Shown: positions 1 through 10,448 of the stretch, one piece after another
How the letters are laid out: each line of letters opens with the position of its first letter
How positions within the stretch are numbered: the stretch's first letter is position 1
The notes under the pieces: model-generated
What the model was told of the DNA's origin: nothing
Seen by the model: the letters and a program-made list of their open reading frames with translations, nothing else
The model's database searches: none
Made by a program: the position numbers and the translations under genes
DNA from: Alphaproteobacteria bacterium
Lineage (GTDB): Bacteria; Pseudomonadota; Alphaproteobacteria; MPNO01; UBA830
Direction of reading: 5' to 3'
NCBI GenBank assembly: GCA_964291215.2
Contig: OZ219790.1
Span: 1,696,001-1,760,000, forward strand
DNA length: 64,000 nucleotides

Positions 1-32
1 GCACAATCCGGAACAGCGCCTGTCGGTGCCGT

Positions 33-461
33 TCAGCGCAATCCTTCGGCCTTCCGGATCACCCGCACGGTTTCCGACCAGAGGCCCTGCCGGTCGATCT
101 CCGAAAGCGCAACCCATCTTGCCGCGGCAGCGTCGTCCCCGGCCACCGGTTCGCCGGCCACCCATTCGCCAGCGAAATCGACCAGGGTGTAGTGATAGCG
201 CACTCTTCCGGCATCGTCGTGGCGGACCGAATCGACGACATCGACGAGGCCTATCAGACGCGCCTCGATACCGGTCTCCTCCATCAGTTCGCGAAGCGCG
301 GCTTCCCGCGTGGTCTCTCCGAGCTCCTGTCCGCCGCCGGGAATCGACCACTCCGAATACATCGACGGACCAGCCCGCCGGATCAGGAGCACCCGGTCGT
401 CCCTGAAACAGACCACGCCGACACCGCAAATCGGCCGCTCGGGATATTCGCGGTCGCTCAT
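33..461 (-). CDS. NUDIX hydrolase
   Basis: Nudix box GGGQELGETTREAALRELMEETG; start MSDREYPER overlaps the upstream MFS stop (ATGA). Confidence 0.9.
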   Translation of the reverse strand: MSDREYPERPICGVGVVCFRDDRVLLIRRAGPSMYSEWSIPGGGQELGETTREAALRELMEETGIEARLIGLVDVVDSVRHDDAGRVRYHYTLVDFAGEWVAGEPVAGDDAAAARWVALSEIDRQGLWSETVRVIRKAEGLR

Positions 462-1741
462 AACACCGTTTCCCGACGGCGGCGCGGCCACAGGAAAAAT
501 GCAAGGCCGCAAACTTCGATGGCTATGAAGAACAGCAATGCCGTCTGATGGCCCTCGGGGCTGTAGAGCCCGTCGCCGGGCGACGGGTAGAGCCCGATTA
601 TCACGCCAACCAGCCACTGGGTCGCAAATGCCGCGATGAAGGTGAGCATGTTTTGCGCGGTGTTGACCCGGCCGATCAGATGCGCCGGAAAGTTCTGGTT
701 CAGGACCGCATAGGCCAGCGTCGACGCAGAACCGAAATATCCGAAGAGAAGGCACAGGAGGGCCGGGAAGGCCGTCCACTGGAGGGCAAACAGCAGCTGG
801 ACCGTGATCGAGGCCATGATGCCGGCGACCGCAGGAGCGATCGTCGGGATCCCGGCCCGTTGAAGCCGCTCGGCGAAGACGCCGACAGAGAGAACGCCGG
901 CAAACATGCCGGCATTGAACATCAGCATGGCGTCGGCAACTGCCACCCTGTCCAGACCCGCCACATCGCGGAGCCATGGGGCCGCCCACAGCGCCTGATA
1001 GGACAGGAAGACTCCGTTGTGCACGAAGACCATGCAGGAAAGACGCCAGAAGAACCCGCTGCGATACACCTGCCCCAGCTCCGCAAGCTGCCGGCCCGGC
1101 GCCGCGCCGCCGCCGGCATCCGCGCGAGACGGGGGGTGGTCGGGCACCACGAACCGGATCAGGAGGCCGGACAGGACCGACACGGCTGCAAGGCACCAGA
1201 ACACGATCCGCCAGTCGATTTCCCGGACCGCGAGCTCAAGCGGAACCGTTGTCGACAGCGCGCCGAACGTGCCGAAGGCAAAAATCACGCCGTTGACGAG
1301 CGGGATCTTCTCACGCGGAAACCACAGCACGTTGGCCTTCAGCGACGCCATCAGGCACGCCGACACCCCGATTCCGATCAGCGCCCGTCCGACCACCAGC
1401 GTCACCGCATCGGTGCCGAGCGCGAACACGGCCGCCCCTGCGGCAGCTACCATGATGAGCGCTGTCTGCACGCGTTTCGGGCCATAGCGATCGAGGACGA
1501 TGCCGAGGGGCAGCTGCGTCGCGGCGAACGCGATGAAATAGGCGCTGGTCATGAACCCGAGGTCGGCTGGCGACAGGCCGACATCACGAGCCAGTTGCGG
1601 CGAGATTATCGCGTTCACGGTGCGGAACAGATAGGACATGTAGTAGCCGATGCCGAAGGGCAGGACGATGGTCAGCGTCAGCACCACAAGGGACCTGCGG
1701 CGTGCACCAGGTGGCAATGCACTGCCCTCCCTGTCAGCCAT
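458..1741 (-). CDS. MFS transporter
   Basis: 427 aa, about 12 hydrophobic segments, motif A LDRYGPKR. Confidence 0.9.
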   Translation of the reverse strand: MADREGSALPPGARRRSLVVLTLTIVLPFGIGYYMSYLFRTVNAIISPQLARDVGLSPADLGFMTSAYFIAFAATQLPLGIVLDRYGPKRVQTALIMVAAAGAAVFALGTDAVTLVVGRALIGIGVSACLMASLKANVLWFPREKIPLVNGVIFAFGTFGALSTTVPLELAVREIDWRIVFWCLAAVSVLSGLLIRFVVPDHPPSRADAGGGAAPGRQLAELGQVYRSGFFWRLSCMVFVHNGVFLSYQALWAAPWLRDVAGLDRVAVADAMLMFNAGMFAGVLSVGVFAERLQRAGIPTIAPAVAGIMASITVQLLFALQWTAFPALLCLLFGYFGSASTLAYAVLNQNFPAHLIGRVNTAQNMLTFIAAFATQWLVGVIIGLYPSPGDGLYSPEGHQTALLFFIAIEVCGLAFFLWPRRRRETVL

Positions 1742-2987
1742 CGCGCCGCTCCCGCGCCGCAGGCCGCACGAAATTCACGAAGCATGCCAGCTGAATAGCG
1801 ATCATCGTCCAGAGCGCCACCGAATGCCCGCGCGCCGAATAGCCGCCGTCCGCCTGCAGCGGAAACGCCTCGATAATGACGCCGATCCCCCACTGTGCGG
1901 CAAAAGCGACGACGAACATGAAGAAGTTCGTGGCCGTCATGGCCCGCCCCGTAAGCCTTTCGGGGAAGCGCACGGTCAACATCGCATAGGCCAGATAGGC
2001 GGCCGATGACAGGAAACCGAGGCTCCCCCAGATCACGACCAGGCCCGACGTAACTCCGAGCGCCAGCAGCACCTCCAGCAGCGCGAGCAGCAGCAGGCCG
2101 GCGGCGAATACGTGAACCGCCTGAACCACGGTCTTGCGGAGACGATCCGCGAGCACCCCGCTCGCCAGCAGCCCGAGCAGGAAGCAGACCTGCAGGGTGA
2201 AGAGCTGATTGGCGCGCGCAGTCTGATCAAGGCCGGCCACATCCCTGAGCCACGGATCCGCCCACAGGGTCTGATAGGACACAAAGGTGGCATAGGCGGC
2301 CGAATAGAATAGCGTCACCCGCCAGAAGAAGGGGTCCCTGACGACATCGGCAAAGCCGCAGAGCTGTCTTGCGAAGCTCTCGCCCGCCGGCATCGAAGTC
2401 TTTCTTTCGGGCACCAGAACCATGATCGCCAGCGAGACCGCCACCGTCACCACCGCGAGTCCGGCAAAGATGTCCCGCCACCCCGCCAAGTCGAGCAGCA
2501 TTTCCACCGGCCGGGTGGCTGATATCGCACCGACGGCGCCAAAGGCGCCGGTCAGGTTGTTCATCAGCGGAAGCCTGTCCGCGGGAAACCACATCACGTT
2601 GGCCTTGAACGAGCCCATCAGGGCGGCCGACACGCCGAAGCCGATCAACGCGCGGCCGATCAGCAGCGGAACGAAGTCGTCGGCGACGGCGAACACCGCG
2701 GCGCCAGCCGCGGCGAACATGAGGAGCCCCGCATTCAACCGTCTCGGACCGTAGCGGTCGAGCGCCACGCCGAGGGGGATTTGGGACGACGCGAACGCGA
2801 TCATGTAGATGCTTGTCAGGAGCCCGAGATCGGCCGGCCCGATGTCGAGCTCCGTAGCCAAGTTCTCGGAGATGACCGCGTTGACGGTGCGATACAGATA
2901 GGAGAGGTAGTACCCGCATCCGAACGGGAGAAACACGACAAAGATAATTCGGGGGCCGCTGGGCGTCCGGCGCTCCTCCGCGCTCAC
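1734..2987 (-). CDS. MFS transporter (tandem paralog of 458-1741)
   Basis: 417 aa, LDRYGPRR motif; shares GYYxSYLxRTVNA and SYQxLWAxPWLRDVAGLD with its neighbour. Confidence 0.9.
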   Translation of the reverse strand: MSAEERRTPSGPRIIFVVFLPFGCGYYLSYLYRTVNAVISENLATELDIGPADLGLLTSIYMIAFASSQIPLGVALDRYGPRRLNAGLLMFAAAGAAVFAVADDFVPLLIGRALIGFGVSAALMGSFKANVMWFPADRLPLMNNLTGAFGAVGAISATRPVEMLLDLAGWRDIFAGLAVVTVAVSLAIMVLVPERKTSMPAGESFARQLCGFADVVRDPFFWRVTLFYSAAYATFVSYQTLWADPWLRDVAGLDQTARANQLFTLQVCFLLGLLASGVLADRLRKTVVQAVHVFAAGLLLLALLEVLLALGVTSGLVVIWGSLGFLSSAAYLAYAMLTVRFPERLTGRAMTATNFFMFVVAFAAQWGIGVIIEAFPLQADGGYSARGHSVALWTMIAIQLACFVNFVRPAARERRDG

Positions 2988-3183
2988 AAAAAGGGCTCCG
3001 GCGCGCCAGCCGGCAGGCTTCGGCCGCCGGCCGCGCCGTTCCTGTTCGTCGATGCAGCCATTGCCTACCGTGCCTGCCCCGCAAAGCGCGGGATACGTTC
3101 ACGCCCATAGTATTGTCCTTCCCGACTCCTGCAAGTAGTCTGGCGCGACACCGGCAATGACCGCTTGGGGATCCGATCTACCG

Positions 3184-3861
3184 ATGCAGCTTTCACTGAC
3201 CGTGGAACCGGAAGGCGGCGCCCGCAGCGTCGAGGTGGACCAGCTCATCATTGCCGGCTGGACCGGGCGCGACATCGAGGCGCTTGAACGGCACATCAAG
3301 GAGCTCGAAGAGCTCGGTGTCGCCCGTCCGCCGGCAGTTCCCTGCTTCTACAGGGTCGGCTGCGGCAACCTGACTGGCGCAGACTCCATCCAGTGCCTCG
3401 GCGACGCATCGTCGGGCGAAGTCGAGTTCGTACTGATCGGGACCGAGGACGGCATGCTCGTCGCCGTCGGCTCGGACCATACGGACCGCGAGGTTGAGAC
3501 CTATTCGGTACCGGTGTCGAAGCAGATGTGCGCAAAGCCGGTTTCCACGAGCGCCTGGCGCTATGACGATGTCGCGGATCATTTCGACGCGCTGCTTCTG
3601 CGCGCCTGGATCGGCACCGGCGACGCGAGGGAACTCTACCAGGATGGCAGCGCCGCCGCGATGCGGCCGCCCGGGGAACTGATCGCGCGCTATCTCGACG
3701 GCGCACAGACTCTGCCCGCAGGGACGGCCATGTTCGGGGGCACGCTGGCTGCCATCGGGGGCATTCGGACCGCAGGGCGGTTTGAATTCGAAATCCACGA
3801 TCCGGTGCTGGACCGCAGCATCTCCCATGGCTATAGCATCAATTGTCTGCCCGTAACATGA
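3184..3861 (+). CDS. DUF2848-like protein
   Basis: IIAGWTGRD..HIKELEELGV..SSGEVE..GSDHTDR motifs. Confidence 0.75.
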   Translation: MQLSLTVEPEGGARSVEVDQLIIAGWTGRDIEALERHIKELEELGVARPPAVPCFYRVGCGNLTGADSIQCLGDASSGEVEFVLIGTEDGMLVAVGSDHTDREVETYSVPVSKQMCAKPVSTSAWRYDDVADHFDALLLRAWIGTGDARELYQDGSAAAMRPPGELIARYLDGAQTLPAGTAMFGGTLAAIGGIRTAGRFEFEIHDPVLDRSISHGYSINCLPVT

Positions 3862-3880
3862 CCAGGAAGGGAGAACGGCG

Positions 3881-4264
3881 ATGCCCGTGAACAAGGAACA
3901 CAAGGAATTCCATGCTCTGGATTTCGGCGGCGAATGGGAGGTTCCCGAAGGCTATCCGGAAGGCATCAAGCAGAAGATCCTCGTCGGGCATCTCGACGAG
4001 GTCAAGAAGACCGGCGGCCGCACGCGGCTTCTCAAGTTCGAACCCGGCGTCTTCACCACGAAGCCGTTCACGCATGACTACTGGGAAGAGGTCTACCTGA
4101 TCACCGGCGACCTCATCGTCGGCAATGACGAGAACGGCAACGGCGGCCGCAGGTTCGATCCCAACACCTATGCGTGCCGCCCGCCGGCGACGCCGCACGG
4201 CCCATTCAAGTCGGACGAAGGCTGCGTTTTGCTGGAAAGTCACTATTACGACGAAGGTACCTGA
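3881..4264 (+). CDS. Cupin domain protein (ChrR-like)
   Basis: HDYWEEVY and PHGPF cupin motifs; RBS upstream. Confidence 0.8.
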   Translation: MPVNKEHKEFHALDFGGEWEVPEGYPEGIKQKILVGHLDEVKKTGGRTRLLKFEPGVFTTKPFTHDYWEEVYLITGDLIVGNDENGNGGRRFDPNTYACRPPATPHGPFKSDEGCVLLESHYYDEGT

Positions 4265-4297
4265 AGGCCGGCCCGACGATCGCTGGAAGAGCGCAAC

Positions 4298-5668
4298 ATG
4301 ACCGACGCGATGAAACCCGTTCTTGAGTTGCAGGCCGCGCTCTGGAGCGGCAAGACGACGAGCCGCGAACTCACGGAACAGGCGCTGGCGCGCATCGACG
4401 ATCCCGACGGCGAAGGCGGCCGCGCCTTTCTCGCCGTTCACCGCGACGCCGCGCTTGCCGCCGCCGACGCCTCGGACCGGCTGCGCGCCCACGGCATCGT
4501 GCCGTCGCCGCTGGCCGGCCTGCCGGTTTCGCTGAAGGACCTGTTCGACGAGCAGGGACAGCAGACCCGCGCGGCGTCGCGGGCGCGGGACAACGCGCCG
4601 CCCGCCGCCCGCGACGCCACCGTGACGGCGCGGCTTCGCGCCGCGGGCGCGGTCCTTATCGGACGCACCAACCTCACCGAATTCGCCTATTCCGGACTCG
4701 GACTCAACTGCCATTTCGACACGCCGCGCAACCCTTGGGACCGCGCCACCGGCCGCATACCGGGGGGCTCCTCCTCGGGTGCCGGCGTGTCTGTCGCTGA
4801 CGGCATGGCGGCGGTCGGCATCGGTACCGACACCGGCGGATCGGTACGCATACCGGCGGCCCTGAACGGGGTGACCGGCTTCAAGACGACGACGGGGCGG
4901 ATACCGTGCGACGGTGTATTTCCGCTGTCCTCGACGCTAGACAGCGTCGGGCCGCTGGCGCCTACGATCGCCTGCTGCATCGTCGCCGAGGCAATAATGG
5001 CCGCCAGTCCGCCGGCAGTCCCCAAGGCACCGCCGCTCGGCGGGCTCCGTTTCGCCGCGCCGCAGCATTACGTACTTGACGATCTCGACGCGCATGTCGC
5101 GAGCGCGTTCGAAGCCGCCCTGCAGGGGCTTTCAAGGGCCGGCGCGTCCGTCACCGAGATCGATTCGCGGGTCTTCGAGGAAATCCCGGGCGCAATGCCC
5201 CATGGCGGCATTCTCGGCGCCGAGGCGTTCGCCCTGCATCGCGGGCAGATGGACGAGAAGAAGGACCTCTACGACCCGCGGGTCTGGATCCGCATCCGGC
5301 GCGGAGAGAATCTCTCAGCCGCGGACCTTATCGACTGCCACGCCATGCGCCGGGACATCATGGTCCGGGCCGCCGAGATCTCCATGTCGTTCGACGCCCT
5401 GCTGATGCCGACATGCCCGGCCATAGCTCCGCCGGTCGCAGACCTGGACGAGGACGACAAGGCCTACGGACAGGCCAATTTCCTGATGCTCCGCAACACC
5501 ACCGTGGGCAATTTCCTCGATGCCTGTGCGCTGTCGCTGCCCTGCCACGCGCCGGAAACCGCTCCGGTCGGGCTGATGGTCATGGCCGCGGGCCACCACG
5601 ACGGCTGGCTCGCGCGGATCGGTCTGGCCATCGAGGGCGCACTGGCTGCATCCCGGAACGTGTCCTGA
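4298..5668 (+). CDS. Amidase-signature family protein
   Basis: KDLFD, PGGSSSG and GTDTGGSVRIPA catalytic motifs. Confidence 0.93.
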   Translation: MTDAMKPVLELQAALWSGKTTSRELTEQALARIDDPDGEGGRAFLAVHRDAALAAADASDRLRAHGIVPSPLAGLPVSLKDLFDEQGQQTRAASRARDNAPPAARDATVTARLRAAGAVLIGRTNLTEFAYSGLGLNCHFDTPRNPWDRATGRIPGGSSSGAGVSVADGMAAVGIGTDTGGSVRIPAALNGVTGFKTTTGRIPCDGVFPLSSTLDSVGPLAPTIACCIVAEAIMAASPPAVPKAPPLGGLRFAAPQHYVLDDLDAHVASAFEAALQGLSRAGASVTEIDSRVFEEIPGAMPHGGILGAEAFALHRGQMDEKKDLYDPRVWIRIRRGENLSAADLIDCHAMRRDIMVRAAEISMSFDALLMPTCPAIAPPVADLDEDDKAYGQANFLMLRNTTVGNFLDACALSLPCHAPETAPVGLMVMAAGHHDGWLARIGLAIEGALAASRNVS

Positions 5669-5727
5669 ACCACCGCCGCCCGGGCGCGGCGCCACCCACC
5701 CGGGCGGCGATGTGCCGCGAAGCCCCC

Positions 5728-7218
5728 CTACTCGGCGGCCAAGCTCGCGCCACTGCGGCCAAGTTCGTCCTCAAGACTGTAGCTGTCGAGCACGGAATCG
5801 ACCAGCTCCGCGGCCCGGTCCCAGTCATAAGTGCGAAAGGCGTGCGCGCGCGTCACGAACTGCGCGCCGGCGTAGAACATCTCGTACTGGGCATGACGGC
5901 TCGCGAACTCGGAACCGATCGCATCCCAAGCCAGCTTCATGAACTTGACCTTTTCCTCGGACGAGCCGACGGCCGATTTCTGCGTAGCGTGGATCAGGGC
6001 GTTCAGTTCGGGATTCGCGAAGTCGCGCGCCGAAGACGGAAGCATGATCAGCCCGCCACCGGCAAGCTCGCGTATCGAGGTGATGAATTCCGGGTACAGC
6101 TGCTGCGTAAGGACCTGCGCGGTATACATGAGATTGCGATCCGGCACGTAATAGCCATTGTACTCGCCACCGCCTGATTCCATGCCGTAGACCAGCCCCT
6201 CGACCATGGCCGTCTGAGCAGCCAAGTGCCCCAGCCTCTCCGCCACCGGCGGCATGCCGATGGTGCCGATGGTCTCGCAGATTCGCCGCGCCACGCCGAC
6301 GAGGAACTGCATCTTGACCATCAGGCGAATCTGCGCCTGGTAGTTCTGCATGTAGTGGGCGTAGGTGTCCTGGAACTGGGCGCGGGCGGTGTCGGCGTCG
6401 CGATAGATGAAGACCCTTTCCCACGGCACCTTGACATCATCGCAATAGACCAAGGCGTCGTTCTCGTCGAACCGGGCCGACAGCGGATAGTCATAGGCCG
6501 TGGTGACCGATGCCTCGTAGGAGCGCCGCGACATGATCTTCAGCCCCTTGGCGTTCATCGGCAAGGCGAAGGAGATGGCGTATTTCTCCTCGCCGGGCTT
6601 GAGCGGCTGGATGTTCGCGAACAGGACCTCGTTGGCCATGATCGAGCCGGTACCGAGCATCTTTGCGCCACGGACCGTGATGCCTTCGGAATCCTCGTCG
6701 ACGACGCCGGTGGCAAGATACTCGGCCGGCTGCTCTCCGGTGGATTTCGAGCGCTCCGCCTGAGGATTGATGATCACATACGTCATGTAGACATCATTGT
6801 CGCGTGCCCACTGGAAGTACTCCCAGAGCGCCGCCGCCCGCTCCGGCGAATGCCGCTCGAAGACGGGAAGCCCCATGACCTGCCCGACCATCGACGACGC
6901 AATATGATCCGGAGAGCGCCCCAGCCAACCGCCGGAGAGCCTTGACCATGCTGTGATCGCCTTGCGGCGGACGACGAGTTCCGCATAGGACTTCGTAAGC
7001 TGCCAGCATCGGTTCACCCGCTCGCCCGATGTCGGGCTTTCGAACGTCATGTATTCGACATGATCGGGTTGGGCCTGGAAATCGTACAGCCCGGCCGCCG
7101 TCTCGACGGCATTCCGGTATGCCGGATGCGTCGTCACGTCATCGACCTTGCCGCCATCGAGATAAACCTCGCGACCGTCGCGAAGCGATTGCAGATGTTC
7201 CGCTCCTGTCTTTGGCAT
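5728..7218 (-). CDS. 4-hydroxyphenylacetate 3-hydroxylase-like flavin monooxygenase, oxygenase subunit (HpaB family)
   Basis: TGAEHLQSLRDGREVY, GRSPDH, DYPLSARFDENDA, GSEFASRHAQYEMFYAG. Confidence 0.88.
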   Translation of the reverse strand: MPKTGAEHLQSLRDGREVYLDGGKVDDVTTHPAYRNAVETAAGLYDFQAQPDHVEYMTFESPTSGERVNRCWQLTKSYAELVVRRKAITAWSRLSGGWLGRSPDHIASSMVGQVMGLPVFERHSPERAAALWEYFQWARDNDVYMTYVIINPQAERSKSTGEQPAEYLATGVVDEDSEGITVRGAKMLGTGSIMANEVLFANIQPLKPGEEKYAISFALPMNAKGLKIMSRRSYEASVTTAYDYPLSARFDENDALVYCDDVKVPWERVFIYRDADTARAQFQDTYAHYMQNYQAQIRLMVKMQFLVGVARRICETIGTIGMPPVAERLGHLAAQTAMVEGLVYGMESGGGEYNGYYVPDRNLMYTAQVLTQQLYPEFITSIRELAGGGLIMLPSSARDFANPELNALIHATQKSAVGSSEEKVKFMKLAWDAIGSEFASRHAQYEMFYAGAQFVTRAHAFRTYDWDRAAELVDSVLDSYSLEDELGRSGASLAAE

Positions 7219-7279
7219 ACCCTGTTCTCCCTCCGGGCGCGTCGGTGCAGGCACCACCGTCCGCAATTCTGTTTTGCCG

Positions 7280-7687
7280 CCAAGTTAAGTCAACCCAAAT
7301 TGGCACTTTTTGTTGCGGCCTGGAATTTTTATCGCGTTGCGCGATTTTTTTGTCGGCCGATTTCAACATGGCACCACATTCTGTTGAATTCTGTCAGCTT
7401 GTGAGGCGGCTCCTCGTGCGGTGGGTTCGACACCAGCCGCCGAGGAGATTTCGGCAATCTCGGCGGCGCGTGTCCTGTCGGTTGACGATCAATGCGCGCA
7501 GGCGCGTGGTGACCCTGGTTCCGCATGCTCTCGCGGATTGATGTCCGGCACTTGTCGATGCCCCACGCGGGGATCAGATACACCGCGGCGAGCACGGCGA
7601 TCAACAGGTGGGCGGCGATGCGCTGGCCGGGCGCAATCCGGGCTCGGATTTCAATGAACGGAAGGTGGCCTCGATATCCATGTCCCG
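7280..7687 (-). mobile_element. IS1634-like transposase remnant, 3' part (5' continuation at 10197-10330)
   Basis: DIEATFRSLKSExGLRP and RIAAHLLIAVLA; joining across the IS110 insertion restores LRTS..RETVLGT. Confidence 0.7.
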
Positions 7688-8026
7688 AGCATCCATGTTT
7701 CTTGGCAAGGTTTTTGCGGGTGTCTGCGGTGATGTTTTCTGTGGTTGTCCACAAGCGGTGTGGGATTTGCTCTGCGAGCGAGGCGACATGAAGCTTGTGG
7801 TCCCGGCGGCGGGTTGCCGTCCATTGGTCACGTGAACGCGGCTACCTTGCCGCCCCCGGGCACGTGACCGTCCGGGTTCCAGGTGTCCCAAGGCGGTTCG
7901 ATCTCCTCGATGTCGGCCTCGACGATGATCTGCAGACATTCTCCCCAAGTCGTGTCGGAGACTGTCGAGACAGTCCCGATCGCGCTCTCGGCAGGGCCGT
8001 GTCTCCTTCGCTCACTCACCGGTGCT

Positions 8027-8725
8027 TCAGGCAACGCTGCTGTCGCAGCAAGGTGTTCGCCAGAGCTTGCGCATCACGGCGACAATAGCGACTTTGTGGG
8101 CCTTGTGGCGCACCAGATCCGCGTTGAAGCGTGCTGCCGAGGTCGCGGCCATGAACAGGAGATCACGTGGCCTCCGGCGCCCGCCTCGGATATGCCGAGC
8201 ACCGTGGCCATCGGCGCCACCCCGATCAAGGCTGCCGACGCTGCCGAGTTCGGGCATCCAGCAAAGAAGGGCTGCGGCGGTCACTGGATCGAGGTCAGGG
8301 TACCTCTGCTCGGGATCACCGGCGATCACCGCTTTGATCGCCGCGCCGGCAATCATCGAGATCGGCCGCCGAAGCCCTTGTGACGGTCTCGCCATCCACC
8401 TCATCTGCCACTTGCCTGGCGTCGACAAGCGCGGCACCAGGAGATCCCCCAGGCAGTTGAGGAAGGCTTCCTGAGGAGCCACAGGCTCGAGATCGCACCG
8501 TGCCGATCTTGGCGTCAACGCGGTTGGCCCAAAGCCTCGGCGAAGCCCTCAACGGGCAGGACAACCTCGAAGCCCCGGTCATGAAGACACTCCTTGCGGT
8601 GATAGCGGCCTGTCGCCCACCACACGGGTTACCTCGAGGCTGCGAAGCCACGTGCCCGTGGCGTCGTTCGTAAAACGACGCCCCAGATGTCCAGACTGGC
8701 TGACCCCTGCTACTACCTTGACCAT
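8027..8725 (-). pseudogene. IS110 recombinase pseudogene
   Basis: MVKVVAGV.S N-terminus; MPELG..HIRGGR..LFMAA..KVAIVAVMRKL C-terminal domain; many small deletions. Confidence 0.85.
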
Positions 8726-8729
8726 CGTT

Positions 8730-8900
8730 CCTCGCCTTATGATGATACGGTTCAAACCCAAGCATCCATTCAGGACGCAAGGGACGCCAAAGGAGGTTGC
8801 CACGCTCGGGAACGGCTCTATAAAGCCAAGGACGGAACGGCAACCTCCGCGGAGATCGTTTGATCCCCGCTCCCCTGTACGTTCTCACACAGGGGAGCGG
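8730..8900 (-). ncRNA. Putative IS110 bridge RNA, copy 1 (boundaries approximate)
   Basis: 5' hairpin; GGAGGTTGCC..GGCAACCTCC-closed target loop with guides CCGUCCU and UCCCGAG matching the flanks; donor loop AUGGAUGCU and AUAAG matching the end junction. Confidence 0.8.
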
Positions 8901-9000
8901 AATCTCTCTGCAACCATAGCTCTCCCATAGTCGAGGTTATCCACATTTTCCCGCCCCCAACTGCTGTGGATGATTTCATCATCAAGGGGACAAAACCTAG

Positions 9001-10184
9001 CCCCACTTCCAGTCTGAAGTGCAACACCCGGCCCTCATCGCAGTGAGGGCGTAGCCCGAACGGAGATGAGGGCCGGGTGTTGCGCAAATTTTTCCCCTCT
9101 GCCCCTCTCGATTCCGCCTAGGAACAGCTTCAGTTCCTTCAACATCAAGCTTATGCAACGCCTTTGTCGGCTTCAAGCCACTATTTCCCCGTCGCGCGGC
9201 ATGGACCCTGCTGCACGTTGCGGCTTTGGAACGCAGATGGTCAGGGCGGTTTCACTTCAAGATTACCTCCGTCGGCGATCCCAGGACTTTCCGAGTGTTG
9301 AGCCGATCCTTCTGAACATCTTCGTTGCATGTCGCGCGAAAGTCCGTGCCCTTCGGGAAGTACTCCCGCACCAGGCCGTTGGTGTGCTCATTCAAGCCGC
9401 GCTCCCAGGAATGGAAAGGCGAAGAAGAAATCTGCATCAAGTGCGACACGCCTGTGGTCTGCGAACTCCTTGCCGTTGTGATTGTGTGGACCAATAGCGC
9501 ACCAGAGCCGAGCAGGCGGATCATACCGACCGTGTCTTTCTGTCCACCCAGCAAGGTGTATTTCGTGGCACGAGCAACCAGCGACAGCTCCACTGTGAGC
9601 TTTGCCGATGATGGCTCCCAGTCGCCGATCCGTTCCTTTGCCTCCGCAGGGCGCTCGGAAATGTCCACTCGGCCAGGACCCGGCCAGAATGGCATCCGCC
9701 CTTCCAGTTCGGCTTCTTGCCGCGCCGCCGAAGCTTCAAGACACCCCCGGCTCTCCGATCTTCGGCGATCATGGATACGTTCACGGCCCTCCAGTCGAAA
9801 ACGGCCGCTGCTCGGGGCCCTCCCGCAGCTTTTTCTGAGCTTCAACCCGAGGCGTCAACCGCCAGGAAACAGACGAGGCGGCCCTGCGTTTCTGCCATCC
9901 TTTGCGCCTGCTTGTGACGGTAACCCCGTCCCCCGGTGTTGCGCTTGATCTCCCGGAAAATTGTTGATCGGCCCAGCTGCCGAGCAATCGCACCTTGTGA
10001 AAGACCGCTTTTCTGCCTCAATCTGGCATCGCTCTTCGTAGGTGACGGTAGCCTTTGGACATGAACAAGCTCCCTCCATCTTGTACAGGAACTCTCGCCG
10101 CTGCTGGACAGCTCCGCAACATCATGCGTCTAAAAACACATGGCCACAGCCCATCATGTGTTGCACTTCACTATGGAACGGGGG
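9001..10184 (-). mobile_element. IS30-family element, decayed
   Basis: TYEERCQI, ERIGDWE, SWERGLNEHTNGLVREYFPKGTDF; terminal IRs; 3-bp TSD (TAG at 8998-9000 and 10185-10187). Confidence 0.88.
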
Positions 10185-10354
10185 TAGTCATATAAGGACG
10201 GTCTCCCGGTCGCTGGTGCGCAGGCGTCCGCGGTGTCATCCGCCTTGTCGTCTGTGGCTGAAGCGCACGGCAGTTGCGTTGGCGCCGGCCTTCTCGACAG
10301 TGGTCTCGTAGTGCCGGCGACGGCGGAGCAGAGGAGTCTCACGCTAAATTCTGT

Positions 10355-10447
10355 GTAACTGCTCACCCTCTGATTCCGGCTTGATGTCGGGGTAGAGCAA
10401 CCAACGGATTTTCGTGGAGACATGACACTGTAGATCGATTCGGCTAG
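10355..10447 (+). mobile_element. Left-end fragment of the MTase-carrying IS66 element
   Basis: GTAACTGCTCACCC..CCGGCTTGATGTCGGGGTAGAG matches the ends at 51587 and 61482. Confidence 0.7.
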
Positions 10448-10448
10448 T

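Larger units (their letters stand above)
7688..10196 (-). mobile_element. IS110 element copy 1 (decayed; IS30 inserted near its left end)
   Basis: CT core at both junctions (7688-7689, 10195-10196); right end ..TTGCCAAGAAACATGGATG-CT; left end CT-TATATGACTAGGTTTTG. Confidence 0.85.

Noticed and set aside
8937-8975. Replication origin suggested by the DnaA box
   Set aside because: The motif lies inside a multicopy IS end, with no box cluster, AT-rich unwinding region or oriC-linked genes.
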